From positions 1,187 through 65,186 of the IMG/VR virus record IMGVR_UViG_3300046804_002963: a stretch of 64,000 nt of DNA, one strand, 5' to 3'. The notes under the pieces are model-generated. The model did not search any database. It worked only from the letters and a program-made list of their open reading frames with translations, and was not told the origin of the DNA. Shown here in pieces: positions 62,055 through 64,000 of the stretch. Within the stretch, counting starts at the first letter, position 1; every line of letters starts with the position of its first letter. A program made the position numbers and the translations under genes. The stretch comes from a virus. Lineage: Duplodnaviria > Caudoviricetes.

Positions 62055-64000
62055 TCTAACTAAAAGAGTAGCAATGGCTCCTGTTAATGCGGTAACAGGA
62101 ACAGCCAAATTTGTAGGCAAAACTGCTAGCAATATTGGCAGCATGGTTGGAGGTGCAATATCTCAAAACCTTGGATTGGCTAGCTTTAAACCAAGCAATA
62201 TCTTTAGAAGCACAGTAGCAGCTGCAGGGTTAGGTGGAATTATACCTATGACTCTTGGCGCTGGTGGTGGTAAAGGAGGCGGCGGTAAAGGCGCAGCTCC
62301 AACTACTCCTACTACAGCAGCTCAACCTGGTGCTCCCGTAGCAGGTATGGCAACTATTAATATTGAAAGCTTATTAGGTAAGTTAGTAGATGTTAATAGT
62401 AAAATGCTAGAAACATTAACCAGCATTTCTGATACCTTACAGCAAAATAATAATCTTCTTTCAAAGCAGAATAATCAATTAAATGATCTTGCTGGTTTAA
62501 TTAGACAGCAAACGCTAGCTCAAATAGAAGCTCGTAGAGAAGCTGCGCAGCAAAAAGCTGGTGCGCCTGGTGGACAAGCTCCTGCAGACCCTACTAAGGG
62601 TAAAGGTGGAATACTAAGTGCACTTGGAGGTGTCTTTTCCGGTCTAATGAGTTTCTTTAGTGGTTTAATGAATATATTTTCTGGCGCTAGTAAACTCTTT
62701 AGTGGTATTCTATCACTTGCAGGTAGCTTTATTGGTGCACTAGGATCTGTGTTTAGCTTTCTATCAAGTATAGGTTCTGTACTATTAAACTTAGGTAAGT
62801 TCTTATTACGTTTTGCTGGACCAATTGCTGCAGTAGCAGCTATTCTTTTCTCATTAGAATCAAAAGACTGGGAAGCTTTCTTTGGCAAATTTACTGATGC
62901 ATTTAATGCATTATTAGAAGGCGACTTCCTAACAGCTATTGTTAATGTTGTAACTGCTATTCCAGAACTACTCATTAAAGGTATTGGTCGATTAATGGCT
63001 AATATTATAGAGTTCTTCGGCTTTAAAGATGCTGCTGATGCGATACGCAACTTCTTAGATACTTTTGATTTAGCTAAGATTATTAAAGATGCACTTAACT
63101 TTATCTGGGATATGGTTAAAGGAGCATTTAAAGCTTTTACAGATTTCTTCTCAAACTTCTTCGAAGGTTGGGATATTATAACACCTATTAAAGATGCATT
63201 CAACTGGATGTGGGATGGTATTACAGGTTTATTTACACGTGTAAAAGATGCTGTAGCCGATATCTTAAGCTTTGATCTAGTAGGTACTATAGGTAATGCT
63301 ATTAGTTCTGTAGTAAACGCTGTATGGAATTTCTTTAAGGATCTTCCTAAGAAAGCTGCTGATTTTATAGAAAGTCTTCTTCCTGACTGGGTAAAAAGTG
63401 CATGGAGAAAACTTTTTGGAGGAGGCGGAGAAGCTAATACAGGTACTCCACCACCTAACCCTACACCTATTCAACCTAGAGCAGCAGCGCCTGCAGCTGC
63501 GGAACAACCTGCTGCGCAGCAACAAGCTAATGCTAATCCACTTAATTTAAATCCAGAAAATCCTCCTCCAGGTATTAATGTAGGAAGAACTGGAAGCGGT
63601 GATACTTTCTTTATGAATAGAGAAGGTCAACAAGTAGGTTTCATACCTGGTACTGTTACTCCTACAACTACTAGAGCTGCAAGTGCTAATGTTACTCCTA
63701 CAACACCAGTACAACCATCTACTGCTGAAGCTTTTTCCGGTTTAATGGGTACAATGATAAAAGCTGTAGAGGGTAAAGCAGAATTAACAGATGTAATGGG
63801 TGCTGGTTTAGGAGTACTAGGTGCTGGTGTTAATGAATTTAATCAGCGTTCTGTTAATAGTGCAGCTTCAAAAGAACTAGAAGTTTCTCAACCTGTAGTT
63901 ATTAATAATACTGCAGGTGCTTCTGGTGGACAACAAGAAGGCAGCTCTGCCCAAAGAAGTTCAGGAGCTGCCCGTACGTCTGTACAGCAATCCCATATAG
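62038..64000 (+). CDS. Tape-measure/baseplate hub (gp29-like) protein, truncated at the window edge (not in ORF track)
   Basis: ATG 62038 (MASLGNLTKRVAM...); frame checked at several points and still open at 64000; amphipathic F/W-spaced helical repeats; follows gp26-gp51. Confidence 0.72.
   Translation, partial: MASLGNLTKRVAMAPVNAVTGTAKFVGKTASNIGSMVGGAISQNLGLASFKPSNIFRSTVAAAGLGGIIPMTLGAGGGKGGGGKGAAPTTPTTAAQPGAPVAGMATINIESLLGKLVDVNSKMLETLTSISDTLQQNNNLLSKQNNQLNDLAGLIRQQTLAQIEARREAAQQKAGAPGGQAPADPTKGKGGILSALGGVFSGLMSFFSGLMNIFSGASKLFSGILSLAGSFIGALGSVFSFLSSIGSVLLNLGKFLLRFAGPIAAVAAILFSLESKDWEAFFGKFTDAFNALLEGDFLTAIVNVVTAIPELLIKGIGRLMANIIEFFGFKDAADAIRNFLDTFDLAKIIKDALNFIWDMVKGAFKAFTDFFSNFFEGWDIITPIKDAFNWMWDGITGLFTRVKDAVADILSFDLVGTIGNAISSVVNAVWNFFKDLPKKAADFIESLLPDWVKSAWRKLFGGGGEANTGTPPPNPTPIQPRAAAPAAAEQPAAQQQANANPLNLNPENPPPGINVGRTGSGDTFFMNREGQQVGFIPGTVTPTTTRAASANVTPTTPVQPSTAEAFSGLMGTMIKAVEGKAELTDVMGAGLGVLGAGVNEFNQRSVNSAASKELEVSQPVVINNTAGASGGQQEGSSAQRSSGAARTSVQQSHI

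Noticed and set aside
62520-63525. - strand ORFs of 227 aa and 82 aa
   Set aside because: Antisense to the open + strand tape-measure-like gene starting at 62038.

Overview
This is a 64-kb, AT-rich, gene-dense segment of a large T4-like myophage (cyanophage/aquatic T4-type gene order) covering the tail and baseplate structural region. From the right end, a + strand block holds gp4, gp2, a gp54/gp19-like gene, gp26, gp51 and a truncated tape-measure-like gene. It diverges from a long - strand late operon: gp48, gp53, a hub protein, a gp5 spike split into three ORFs, gp25, gp6, a gp7-like gene, gp8, a VrlC/DUF4815 protein split in two, and an S74-chaperone fibre. About 35 kb of fibre/adhesin genes follow, built from a small set of shuffled modules (LamG, polyglycine domains, Mtd-N, collar/HxH tips). 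Five of these proteins carry a Pro-poor collagen-like G-[YF]-T-G-S-x repeat. Highlights: (1) a three-domain glycosyltransferase (GT4 + two GT-A domains) inverted inside the operon, with its own sigma70-like promoter, right beside the Thr/Ser-rich collagen fibres, a candidate phage collagen O-glycosylation system; (2) a 148-aa Hint domain ending His-Asn-Arg (BIL-like, no +1 nucleophile) inside the VrlC C-half; (3) a gp5 locus carrying three different peptidoglycan-hydrolase folds; (4) reelin-subrepeat-like domains in a collagen fibre. No RNA genes, CRISPR arrays or transposases were seen. All family calls come from motif recognition by eye; no database search was run.
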